A stretch of DNA of 64,000 nt. Source: an uncultured Clostridia bacterium. GTDB lineage: Bacteria; Bacillota; Clostridia; TANB77; CAG-465. The position numbers were made by a program, and so were the translations under genes. Below the pieces are notes generated by a model, which did not search any database, was not told the origin of the DNA, and saw only the letters and a list, made by a program, of their open reading frames with translations. Where the stretch lies: the NCBI GenBank assembly GCA_934130325.1, contig CAKOYA010000004.1, positions 3,477 to 67,476 of the forward strand, written 5' to 3'. Below are positions 12,847 through 21,245 of the stretch, one piece after another. Position 1 is the first letter of the stretch; each line of letters begins with the position of its first letter.

Positions 12847-14073
12847 ATGTTAAAAAATAGTAAAATTTTTGTAACCTTTGTTGTTATAGCTTTTTTATCA
12901 ATATTTGGAATCACAGCTATTAACGCTACTGATGTAAATGATATTAATGAAAATGAAAAGAACTCAAACTTTGAAGGATTTTTTGACAGCGAATATTCAA
13001 ATGAGGTATATAAATTTAGCGATAAAGATAAAAAAATTAATTTACCATTTATAAGATTTTCAAATGAAAGAATGATTGTAGATGAAGAAATAAATAAATT
13101 AGGTTTTTGTTTTTCGGCTAAGTCTATAGAAATAACATCAAAACTTATGGGGATTCAAACGTTCTTTTCATCTGATACTATCAGAGTAAATGGAGATATG
13201 GAATATGGCGTATTACTTTCAGACGGTGATATAATAATAGATTCAAATATTTCAAAAAATCTTATATTAATTTCTAGTGGAACTGTAAGTATAACAGAAA
13301 ATGCTAATATAAATGATGATGTTATAATAATATGTAATAAACTAGAAATGAATGGCACTGTAAATGGTAGTATTATTGGTTCTATTGATGATGCACAAAT
13401 TAATGGCAATGTACTAGGAGATTTAAGAATATCAACTAATAATTTAAGTTTTGGTAGTGATAACATAATAAAAGGAAATATATACGTTACTACGTATAAT
13501 GAAAAATTAGATATATCAAGTAAATATCCACAATCAATAGTTAAGTTGCAAGAAGTAAAAAAAGAAAATCAATTTTCTAAGGACAAAGTATTTAAAATGT
13601 TACTGAATTGTGTAATATTTGCGTTAATGTATATAGTTATAAATAAACTATCCAGAAAAGATATATTTAAAGCATGGGTAAATAAGGTATCAAAGAATGT
13701 AACTACTGTATTGCTTTCTGGTACAATACTATTACTTGCTGTTATTCCTATGATGTTTTTACTTATAATTTTAAGTATAATTGGATTATGGCCAATTACT
13801 ATTCCTGTATTATTAATATATATAGTATATATGATTATAGCTGCAATATTAAATATATTTGTAGTTGGAAGTTTAATGTATACTTATGTGAAAGAAAAAT
13901 ATATAAAAACTGGTGGTGTAGGAACAGATATACTAGGTGCATTTTGTTCATTCTTAGTATTGGAAGTACTTACTATGATACCTTTTGTAGGGGCATATAT
14001 ATCAATAATAATGTATATTATATCAATAGGAATAATATTTACATTATTTTTGAAAAATAAAAAGATAGATTAA
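12847..14073 (+). CDS. Membrane protein: signal/TM, then a bactofilin-like (polymer-forming cytoskeletal) beta-helix region, then a C-terminal polytopic domain
   Basis: Repetitive hydrophobic/Gly-Asn strand pattern (GDIIIDSNISKNLILISSGTVSI...GTVNGSIIGSID.AQINGNVLGDLRI...IKGNIYV), followed by 4-5 hydrophobic helices. Confidence 0.5.
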   Translation: MLKNSKIFVTFVVIAFLSIFGITAINATDVNDINENEKNSNFEGFFDSEYSNEVYKFSDKDKKINLPFIRFSNERMIVDEEINKLGFCFSAKSIEITSKLMGIQTFFSSDTIRVNGDMEYGVLLSDGDIIIDSNISKNLILISSGTVSITENANINDDVIIICNKLEMNGTVNGSIIGSIDDAQINGNVLGDLRISTNNLSFGSDNIIKGNIYVTTYNEKLDISSKYPQSIVKLQEVKKENQFSKDKVFKMLLNCVIFALMYIVINKLSRKDIFKAWVNKVSKNVTTVLLSGTILLLAVIPMMFLLIILSIIGLWPITIPVLLIYIVYMIIAAILNIFVVGSLMYTYVKEKYIKTGGVGTDILGAFCSFLVLEVLTMIPFVGAYISIIMYIISIGIIFTLFLKNKKID

Positions 14074-14091
14074 TTTAGGAGAACTTAATAT

Positions 14092-16758
14092 ATGGATGAA
14101 TATTTTAATTTAAATATAGATGAAACAGTAAAGAAAACAGATACTTCAAGAGATGGTCTTAAAGATGAACAAGTTAAAGAAAGAATTCAAAAATATGGCT
14201 ATAATAAACTAAAAGATACAAAGAAAAAAGGCTTTTTCCTAAAATTTCTTGAACAATTTAAAGATGTAATGCTTATAATACTTATAATCTCTGCTATTTT
14301 ATCAGCAATAGTATCTATAAAAACTGGTGAAACTTTTACTGACACCATAATAATATTAATTGTAGTATTTTTAAATGCAATTTTAGGGGTATTACAGGAA
14401 AGTAAGGCAGAAAAAGCTATAGATGCATTAAAACAAATGTCTCTTCCATATATTAAGGTAAGAAGAAATGGAATAGTGAGCAGTGTAAAAACTGAAGAAT
14501 TAGTTATTGGTGACATAGTATTGCTAGAAGCTGGAGATTATGTTCCTGCAGATATGAGGATAATAGAAAGCCATAGTTTAAGAGTAGAAGAGTCTGCATT
14601 AACTGGTGAATCATTGCCTGTTGATAAAATAACTGATAAAATAGAAAGCAAAGAAGTCTCTCTAGCAGATAGAATAAATATGTTATATTCTGGTAGTAAT
14701 GTTGCATATGGAAGGGGAGAAGCAATTGTTGTTGCAACTGGTATGGATACAGAACTTGGAAAAATTGCAAAATCTCTTTCAAATCAAGAGAGCGAAATAA
14801 CACCACTTCAGAAAAAAATTAATGAATTAAGCAAAGTTTTAAGTGTTATTGTAGTAGTTATTACTTTAATAATGATTATAGTAGGATATTTGAAGGGAAA
14901 TCCTATAATTGATGTTTTTATGCTTGCAATCTCATTAGCTGTTGCAGCAATTCCAGAAGGCCTTTCAGCAGTTATAACTATAACATTGGCAATTGGTGTA
15001 CAAAAAATGGCAAAAGAGAAGGCAATAGTGAGAAAGCTTTCATCTGTTGAAGCGCTGGGTGCTACTGAAGTTATTTGTTCTGATAAAACAGGTACACTTA
15101 CTCAGAATAAAATGACATTAAGAAAGTTGTTTATTAATAATAATGTAGTAGATGTGTCTACTATAAGCAACAGCAAGGATTTATCAAATGAGCTAAATTG
15201 CAATGAATTTGACAAGTTAATAAAAGTATCATTATATTGTAATGATACAAGGTATAGTGAAGAAAATGGACAAATAGTAACAATAGGAGATCCAACTGAA
15301 ACAGCTCTTGTAGATTTTGCAAGAAAAATAGGAATAGATAAGGAAGAATTAGAAAGTAAAAATAAAAGAATAGATGAAATACCTTTTGATTCGCTTAGAA
15401 AAATGATGACTACTGTTAATAAGGTGGATAATAAATATTTTGTTTCTACAAAAGGTGCTGTAGAATCAATTTTAGATAATTGTGATAAAATTATAAAAAA
15501 TGGAAAAGTAGAAAAAATAACTGATGACGATATAAAAAATATTTTAAGAAGTAATTTGGAAATGGCAAATGAAGCTTTAAGAGTTCTTGGATGTGCATAT
15601 AATGAATTTTCTAACGAACCTAAAAAATCTGATTTAGAAAAAAGTATGGTTTTTGTAGGATTAGTTGCGATGATCGATCCGCCTAGAAAAGAAGCTAAAA
15701 AAGCTGTAGAAAGATGCTTCAATGCTGGAATGATTCCTATTATGATAACTGGTGACAATATTGATACAGCTAGAGCTATAGCAAAAGAGCTTGGAATAAT
15801 AAGGGGAAAACAAGAGGCAATTACTGGAAAAGATATTGATAAAATGTCAGATGAAGAATTAATAAGAAGAGTTGAAAATATTAGGGTATATGCAAGAGTA
15901 TCACCTGAAAATAAAATAAGGATTGTTAAAGCTTGGAAGAAAAAAGGAAAGACTGTTGCAATGACTGGAGATGGAGTTAATGATGCACCAGCATTAAAGG
16001 GAGCAGACATTGGAATTGGAATGGGAATAACAGGAACTGAAGTTTCAAAAAGTGTCTCAAGTATGGTACTTGCAGATGACAATTTTGCTACTATAGTAGT
16101 GGCTATAAAAGAAGGTAGAAGAATATATAATAATATTCAGAATGTTATTGCATACCTACTTGCATCAAATTTAGCAGAAATCTTAATAGTTTTTTTCTCA
16201 ACATTATTTAACTTTACAATATTGCTTCCAATACAAATACTCTGGATAAATCTTATAACAGATACGATTCCTGCAATTGCACTTGGATTCGAAAAAGAGG
16301 AAAAAAATATAATGAGACAAAAACCAAGAAGTGCAAGTCAAAAATTATTTACTCCATTTTTAATATCTAGAATAGTTATACCAGGAATTTTAAAAACAAT
16401 AGTAGTATTTAGTACATATTTTATTATAAATTCTAAATTTGGTCATGACGCAGCTATGGGGACAGCATTTATACTATTATCTACTATTGAGGTATTGTTC
16501 GCATTTATTTGTAGATCGGATAGAAAATCAGTATTTAAAATTGGGTTATTTTCTAATAAACATATGCTTCTATGTGTAATTGGAACTTTAATTTTGCAAA
16601 ATATTATAGTATTTACACCTACACTTGCAAGTTTACTTTCTATTCCAAAACTATCAATGAATATTCACTTAAGTGTAGTAGTAATAAGTATTATAACAGT
16701 TACATTATTTGAAATTATTAAATTATTACTTGCTAAACTATTTATTAAAGAAAAATAA
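14092..16758 (+). CDS. P-type (P2A) calcium-transporting ATPase
   Basis: 888 aa with TGES, the CSDKTGTLT phosphorylation site, TGDN and GDGVNDAPAL, plus 10 predicted TM segments (PEGL in M4). Confidence 0.9.
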   Translation: MDEYFNLNIDETVKKTDTSRDGLKDEQVKERIQKYGYNKLKDTKKKGFFLKFLEQFKDVMLIILIISAILSAIVSIKTGETFTDTIIILIVVFLNAILGVLQESKAEKAIDALKQMSLPYIKVRRNGIVSSVKTEELVIGDIVLLEAGDYVPADMRIIESHSLRVEESALTGESLPVDKITDKIESKEVSLADRINMLYSGSNVAYGRGEAIVVATGMDTELGKIAKSLSNQESEITPLQKKINELSKVLSVIVVVITLIMIIVGYLKGNPIIDVFMLAISLAVAAIPEGLSAVITITLAIGVQKMAKEKAIVRKLSSVEALGATEVICSDKTGTLTQNKMTLRKLFINNNVVDVSTISNSKDLSNELNCNEFDKLIKVSLYCNDTRYSEENGQIVTIGDPTETALVDFARKIGIDKEELESKNKRIDEIPFDSLRKMMTTVNKVDNKYFVSTKGAVESILDNCDKIIKNGKVEKITDDDIKNILRSNLEMANEALRVLGCAYNEFSNEPKKSDLEKSMVFVGLVAMIDPPRKEAKKAVERCFNAGMIPIMITGDNIDTARAIAKELGIIRGKQEAITGKDIDKMSDEELIRRVENIRVYARVSPENKIRIVKAWKKKGKTVAMTGDGVNDAPALKGADIGIGMGITGTEVSKSVSSMVLADDNFATIVVAIKEGRRIYNNIQNVIAYLLASNLAEILIVFFSTLFNFTILLPIQILWINLITDTIPAIALGFEKEEKNIMRQKPRSASQKLFTPFLISRIVIPGILKTIVVFSTYFIINSKFGHDAAMGTAFILLSTIEVLFAFICRSDRKSVFKIGLFSNKHMLLCVIGTLILQNIIVFTPTLASLLSIPKLSMNIHLSVVVISIITVTLFEIIKLLLAKLFIKEK

Positions 16759-16787
16759 TTAATTTATTCATATATTGTATTTTAAAG

Positions 16788-16823
16788 CATAGGCTATACT
16801 AAAGAAAGAAGGTATAGCCTATG
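16788..16823 (+). terminator. Perfect 12-bp hairpin after the ATPase gene; its 3' arm contains the rhodanese start codon
   Basis: CATAGGCTATAC (16788-16799) pairs with GTATAGCCTATG (16812-16823), with a 12-nt loop. Confidence 0.55.
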
Positions 16824-17228
16824 TTTAATAGTATAAGAAATATATTATTTGGAAATATAAATGGAAAAAGTAAATTTAGAAATTCTAGGTATCAAGCAAG
16901 ATGTATATATAACTTAGTATCATTTGAGCAAGCAAAGAATATGATAGAAAGTGGGAATATTAATTTAATAGATGTAAGAACAGAAAATGAATTTGAATTT
17001 ATGCATATAAAAAATGCGAAAAATATTCCTGTAGATCAGATAAGTCAAAGGATAAATGAAATAGATAACCAAAATGACATTATGGTATATTGTGCAAGTG
17101 GATCAAGAAGTAAGAATGCAATACAAGTTTTAAATAATTTAGGGTATAATAATATATATATATGGGAGTATGGTGCACTGGCTACATTTCCATATAGAGA
17201 GCTTATAGAATATGGTTCTAAAAAATAG
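16821..17228 (+). CDS. Rhodanese-like sulfurtransferase domain protein
   Basis: LIDVRTENEF and the active-site loop YCASGSRS. Confidence 0.8.
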   Translation: MFNSIRNILFGNINGKSKFRNSRYQARCIYNLVSFEQAKNMIESGNINLIDVRTENEFEFMHIKNAKNIPVDQISQRINEIDNQNDIMVYCASGSRSKNAIQVLNNLGYNNIYIWEYGALATFPYRELIEYGSKK

Positions 17229-17242
17229 GTTAGGAGGTAATA

Positions 17243-17563
17243 ATGTTAAAAAATTTAAATGATGATGTATATGAAGAAGAAATAAAAAAAGTACAAGGTG
17301 TATGTTTAGTTGATTTCTATGCAAATTGGTGTGGTCCTTGTATGAAATTATCACCTATTTTAGAAGAAATTGCTAATAGTAGAAGTAATAATTACAATGT
17401 ATTAAAGGTAGATGTAGATAGTAATCCTAAAATAGCTGATAAGTTAAATATCGATACTATTCCAACGATTTGTTTATATAAAAAGGGGAAGTTAATTGAG
17501 AAAAAAATTGGATATATGGATAAAGAAGAAATAATTGAATTAGTTGAAAAATATAGTGATTAA
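17243..17563 (+). CDS. trxA: Thioredoxin
   Basis: 106 aa with the WCGPC active site and a thioredoxin-length fold. Confidence 0.92.
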   Translation: MLKNLNDDVYEEEIKKVQGVCLVDFYANWCGPCMKLSPILEEIANSRSNNYNVLKVDVDSNPKIADKLNIDTIPTICLYKKGKLIEKKIGYMDKEEIIELVEKYSD

Positions 17564-17581
17564 TTAGTACTTTTTAATGTT

Positions 17582-17617
17582 GTAATAAAAATGTAACTAA
17601 AAAGTAATAAAAATGTA
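17582..17617 (+). repeat. Perfect 14-bp direct repeat GTAATAAAAATGTA x2 abutting a -35 element
   Basis: Copies lie at 17582-17595 and 17604-17617, with starts 22 bp apart. A related 12-mer, TAAAAATGTAAC, recurs at 18059-18070 upstream of the paralog. Confidence 0.8.
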
Positions 17618-17618
17618 G

Positions 17619-17647
17619 TTGAATATCACATGGATTTTGAGTATAAT
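17619..17647 (+). promoter_or_regulatory. Sigma-A-type promoter of the small FW-repeat gene
   Basis: TTGAAT (17619-17624), a 17-nt spacer, then TATAAT (17642-17647). Confidence 0.55.
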
Positions 17648-17684
17648 ACTTACGTAAGGTTATATAAACAAAAGAGGTGTGATT

Positions 17685-17951
17685 ATGGAGAAGAAAAGTT
17701 TTTGGAAAAATGAATGGGATTTATTTTTAAACGATATGAGAGAGCTGGGAGAATTTTGCTTACAACCAATTGAAATAACAGTTCCATGGAAAAAGAAAGA
17801 AAATCAAATGTTAAATCCAACAATTGAAGAAGTTGCACAAAAAGCTGATAGTCTTGAAAGTATGGGATTCTGGCAAAAACAATGGGATTTATTCAAACAA
17901 GATTTAAGTAATGCAAAGGAGTTTTTAACTCAACCAGTAACATTTAAATAG
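17685..17951 (+). CDS. Small hypothetical protein made of two copies of an FW(K/Q)xxWDLF...L(T/C)QP module
   Basis: The internal repeat is SFWKNEWDLFLNDMRELGEFCLQPIEI versus GFWQKQWDLFKQDLSNAKEFLTQPVTF. The start was set to ATG 17685, 7 nt after AGAGG. Confidence 0.6.
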   Translation: MEKKSFWKNEWDLFLNDMRELGEFCLQPIEITVPWKKKENQMLNPTIEEVAQKADSLESMGFWQKQWDLFKQDLSNAKEFLTQPVTFK

Positions 17952-17956
17952 TATTT

Positions 17957-17987
17957 AAAATAACCACTGTGTGGTTATTTTTTAAAT
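17957..17987 (+). terminator. Rho-independent terminator
   Basis: AATAACCAC and GTGGTTATT arms followed by a T-run. Confidence 0.7.
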
Positions 17988-18102
17988 TATATAAAAAATA
18001 TTATGTATAATGAAATGCTTTTATAATAGAAAACAACTTTAAAAATACCTAAAAAGATTAAAAATGTAACAAAAGTGAAATATAAATAAAACATTATTGT
18101 TA

Positions 18103-18131
18103 TTGCTTTTTAATTACTGATTATGTATAAT
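18103..18131 (+). promoter_or_regulatory. Sigma-A-type promoter of the 297-aa paralog
   Basis: TTGCTT (18103-18108), a 17-nt spacer, then TATAAT (18126-18131). Confidence 0.45.
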
Positions 18132-18177
18132 ATTGATAAATAATATAGTGTTATTTGGAACAAAAGAGGTGTAATAT

Positions 18178-19071
18178 ATGTTTGATTTTTGGAAGAATGA
18201 ATGGAAATTATTTTTAGATGATTTAAGTTCACTAAAAAATGGAGTATTAAAAATATTTGGAGTGAAGAAAGATTATTTAATGTTAGGTGCTTCAAATAAT
18301 GAGCAATCAGCATTAGAGGGAATGGAGCAAGCTACAGCAGAATTAGCTTCACAAGAAGGTATGCAAGAACAAGTATTAGCTGCATATGAACCTGATGCAG
18401 TAGATCATAAAGTTACTGCTTATTTTGGAGAAAATATTGAAGAATTAAGACAAAATTACAGTGGAGATAAAACTCAGCATGAAGTATTAAGAGATTATGC
18501 ACAGTTTTTTAAACCATATTCTGAATCACAAGAAATGTGTAATAGTGCTTTTAGAAAGTATTATGATAGACACGCTCTAAAATTTGCTACTGAAGAATTA
18601 CCTGTAGAACAAGCTAGAATCGTGCAAAATAATGTTGATTTATTTATAAAAGGACAAGAAGTTTTTGGAGAGAATGGTCAATTTATTGATTCTAGAGTAG
18701 ATACTTTATTTGATAAAATAGGTATGGAAAAGGTAAATAAGATAGTAGATATTTTACATGATAATGCAGATCAAAATGTTAATGTAAAAGGTGAGAGATT
18801 ATTTGCTGAAGTTATAACTCATATGGTTGATAATGGCATAAAATTTGAAAAGGATACAGATGTTATGGAACCTGTTAAGTTAGTTCTTGAAGAAAAATTA
18901 AATGATGTTCATTCTAGTTTAAGAAGTCATGAAGATTGGAATGAAGAATATCAATCATTATTGTCTCAAGAAAGAAAGTATTTATATGCTTTAAATAGAA
19001 TAGAACAATATGAAACTGAAAAGAGAATATCAGAATTCGAAGAAAAGCTAAATGATTTAGAAGCAATTTAA
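18178..19071 (+). CDS. Hypothetical protein: N-terminal FWKNEWKLF module plus an acidic helical domain of about 260 aa
   Basis: The N-terminus MFDFWKNEWKLFLDDLSSLKNG is paralogous to the modules of the 17685 gene. It shares the leader 13-mer ACAAAAGAGGTGT (18160-18172 versus 17668-17680). Confidence 0.6.
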   Translation: MFDFWKNEWKLFLDDLSSLKNGVLKIFGVKKDYLMLGASNNEQSALEGMEQATAELASQEGMQEQVLAAYEPDAVDHKVTAYFGENIEELRQNYSGDKTQHEVLRDYAQFFKPYSESQEMCNSAFRKYYDRHALKFATEELPVEQARIVQNNVDLFIKGQEVFGENGQFIDSRVDTLFDKIGMEKVNKIVDILHDNADQNVNVKGERLFAEVITHMVDNGIKFEKDTDVMEPVKLVLEEKLNDVHSSLRSHEDWNEEYQSLLSQERKYLYALNRIEQYETEKRISEFEEKLNDLEAI

Positions 19072-19078
19072 TTATGCT

Positions 19079-19121
19079 AAAAACAAGTCTGTTACTATAT
19101 ATATGTAGTGGACTTGTTTTT
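19079..19121 (+). terminator. Rho-independent terminator
   Basis: ACAAGTC (19083-19089) pairs with GACTTGT (19111-19117), followed by TTTTT. Confidence 0.55.
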
Positions 19122-19218
19122 CATATATATAATATAAAATTAAAGTATTGAATTTTATTTTTTTATATGGTATAATGTGATAGTATTTTAACATACGTAT
19201 TATAAAGGAGAGAATTAT

Positions 19219-19956
19219 ATGAAATGTATTTTATTATGTGCAGGGTATGCAACTAGATTATTTCCATTAACACAAAATTTTCCAAAAGCATTATTAGAAG
19301 TAGGAGGAAGAGCCATACTTGATTATACATTAGATAAAGTAAATGAGATAGATGAAATAGATGAGATATATTTAGTAACAAATGCTAAGTATACACCACA
19401 TTTTGAAAAATGGGCAGAAGAAAAAAATAATGTTAAGAAAATTACTGTTTTTAATGATGGCACAACTAATAATGATGATAGATTAGGAGCAATTGGTGAT
19501 ATTCAATTTACAATTGATAAAGCAAATATAAATGATGATATATTAGTACTTGCAACTGATAATTTATTTGATTTTAAGTTAGTTGATTTCTATGAATTTT
19601 ATAAAACAAAAAATGCGCCTTCTGTATGTGTAAGAGAAGAAAATGATATTAACCTTTTAAAAAGAGTTGGTGTTGCAAAGCTTGATGAAAATATGCAAAT
19701 TATGGATTTTGAAGAAAAACCTGCAGAACCAAAAAGTAAATATGCTGTATATGCTGAATATATATATCCAAAAGAAGTTTTACCAGAAATAAAGAGATAT
19801 TTAGAAGAAGGAAATTCTTGTGATGCTCCTGGAAATCTTGTTGCATATATGTATAAAAAAATGCCAACTTATGCGTATGCTTTTAAAGGAGAATGTTACG
19901 ATGTTGGTACTCATGACGCGTTAGCTCAAGTAAATGAGTTATATAGTAAAAAGTAA
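19219..19956 (+). CDS. Sugar-phosphate nucleotidyltransferase (NTP_transferase family)
   Basis: The N-terminus ILLCAGYATRLFPLT...PKALL matches the G.G.R nucleotide-binding signature. Confidence 0.75.
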   Translation: MKCILLCAGYATRLFPLTQNFPKALLEVGGRAILDYTLDKVNEIDEIDEIYLVTNAKYTPHFEKWAEEKNNVKKITVFNDGTTNNDDRLGAIGDIQFTIDKANINDDILVLATDNLFDFKLVDFYEFYKTKNAPSVCVREENDINLLKRVGVAKLDENMQIMDFEEKPAEPKSKYAVYAEYIYPKEVLPEIKRYLEEGNSCDAPGNLVAYMYKKMPTYAYAFKGECYDVGTHDALAQVNELYSKK

Positions 19957-19982
19957 ACGTATATTTAGAGTAGGTAAAAAAT

Positions 19983-21236
19983 ATGAATATAAGTAAAATT
20001 TCACGTAGTATAATTGTAGTAATATTTGTTGTTTTAGTTCTATTTTTAAGTGTAATAGATATAATGTATATATTTAATAAGGAAAGAGATGTTGCAATTA
20101 ATGCAACATCTAGCCTTGTTAAATGTAGTTTTATATTGTTTACTATATTATTTACCTGTGTATATATGTATATAAAAGATAAATTATATAAAAAGCATGT
20201 AAAAAGGAAGTTATCTTTTATATATAGATATATTTATATTGTTTTTATTTTATTAATGGCAGCAATTTTTTCACTAAGAAATGTATTGTCTGTATTTTCA
20301 GAAAGTAAAATGTTTTTACACATTTTATTTTTAATTTTAACAGCATTTATTATAAAAAGGATTGTATTTAACGTTTCAAAGAGTGATATGTTATCAGTTT
20401 TAACAATGTTTGCTTATGCGTTTTTTCCGAATGTTGTATTGGAAGAAAAGTTTTATGTTTCTTCATTGATATTTAATGCAAGTTTTTTAAGTTATATACT
20501 TGTATTTCAAATTATAATTGATGAATTAAAACAAAAAGGGATAAAAACAAAGAAATATATACTACTATCATTGGTTTTAGGAATGCTTATGGTTATTGCT
20601 TCTGCAATCGGTGCAAATATTTGCATGTTTGCATTAGTATTTTTAGTATCCATGGTTATTACATATAATTTGGATAACACACATATAAATTTTTCAAGTA
20701 AATTTATGTCCTCATTGACTCAGCAAAAGAGGGAAGAATTATACAAAATAGAAAGAATTAATATAAATAAACTATTAGTTGTTATTATGATATCAATGTT
20801 AGTGTTATTAGCTGGTAATTTAGTCTTAAAGTGTGTTATTAAGGATGTTGAAATATCTAATAGTTTGGGAATAATTAATTTTTTTGAAGAAGATGTTGAA
20901 AATGTTAATAAATTTCAAAATATAAATCAAATTATTGAACAATTTTTAACTGTATCTAAGAAATTTGTATGTAGTGCCCCAATGTTTTATATTGTAATAT
21001 TTGCATATATAGTATTTATGGAAATATTAGCTTTTTGTTTGCATAGAAGATATGATACAAAATCTACTGTAATGAAATTAATTTTTGTAGTAATGTTTGT
21101 TGGTATTAGTATATTTGGTTTAAATATATGTTATTTTGAACCTTTACTTATTACATTATTGATGCTTATAGCTGTTGTGAATACATCAAATATATATTTA
21201 AATAGAGAAGAAAGAATAAAATTATTAGTAGCTTAA
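19983..21236 (+). CDS. Polytopic integral membrane protein, function unknown
   Basis: 417 aa with about 10 hydrophobic segments, immediately downstream of the nucleotidyltransferase. Confidence 0.55.
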   Translation: MNISKISRSIIVVIFVVLVLFLSVIDIMYIFNKERDVAINATSSLVKCSFILFTILFTCVYMYIKDKLYKKHVKRKLSFIYRYIYIVFILLMAAIFSLRNVLSVFSESKMFLHILFLILTAFIIKRIVFNVSKSDMLSVLTMFAYAFFPNVVLEEKFYVSSLIFNASFLSYILVFQIIIDELKQKGIKTKKYILLSLVLGMLMVIASAIGANICMFALVFLVSMVITYNLDNTHINFSSKFMSSLTQQKREELYKIERININKLLVVIMISMLVLLAGNLVLKCVIKDVEISNSLGIINFFEEDVENVNKFQNINQIIEQFLTVSKKFVCSAPMFYIVIFAYIVFMEILAFCLHRRYDTKSTVMKLIFVVMFVGISIFGLNICYFEPLLITLLMLIAVVNTSNIYLNREERIKLLVA

Positions 21237-21245
21237 AAAGGGAAG

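Noticed and set aside
15102-16082. 326-aa ORF antisense to the Ca2+-ATPase gene
   Set aside because: It lies entirely inside a strongly conserved P-type ATPase on the other strand. Its translation is S/I/L/F-rich low complexity with no RBS, which is the typical shadow ORF of AT-rich coding DNA. The same applies to 14199-14516 and 14504-14806.
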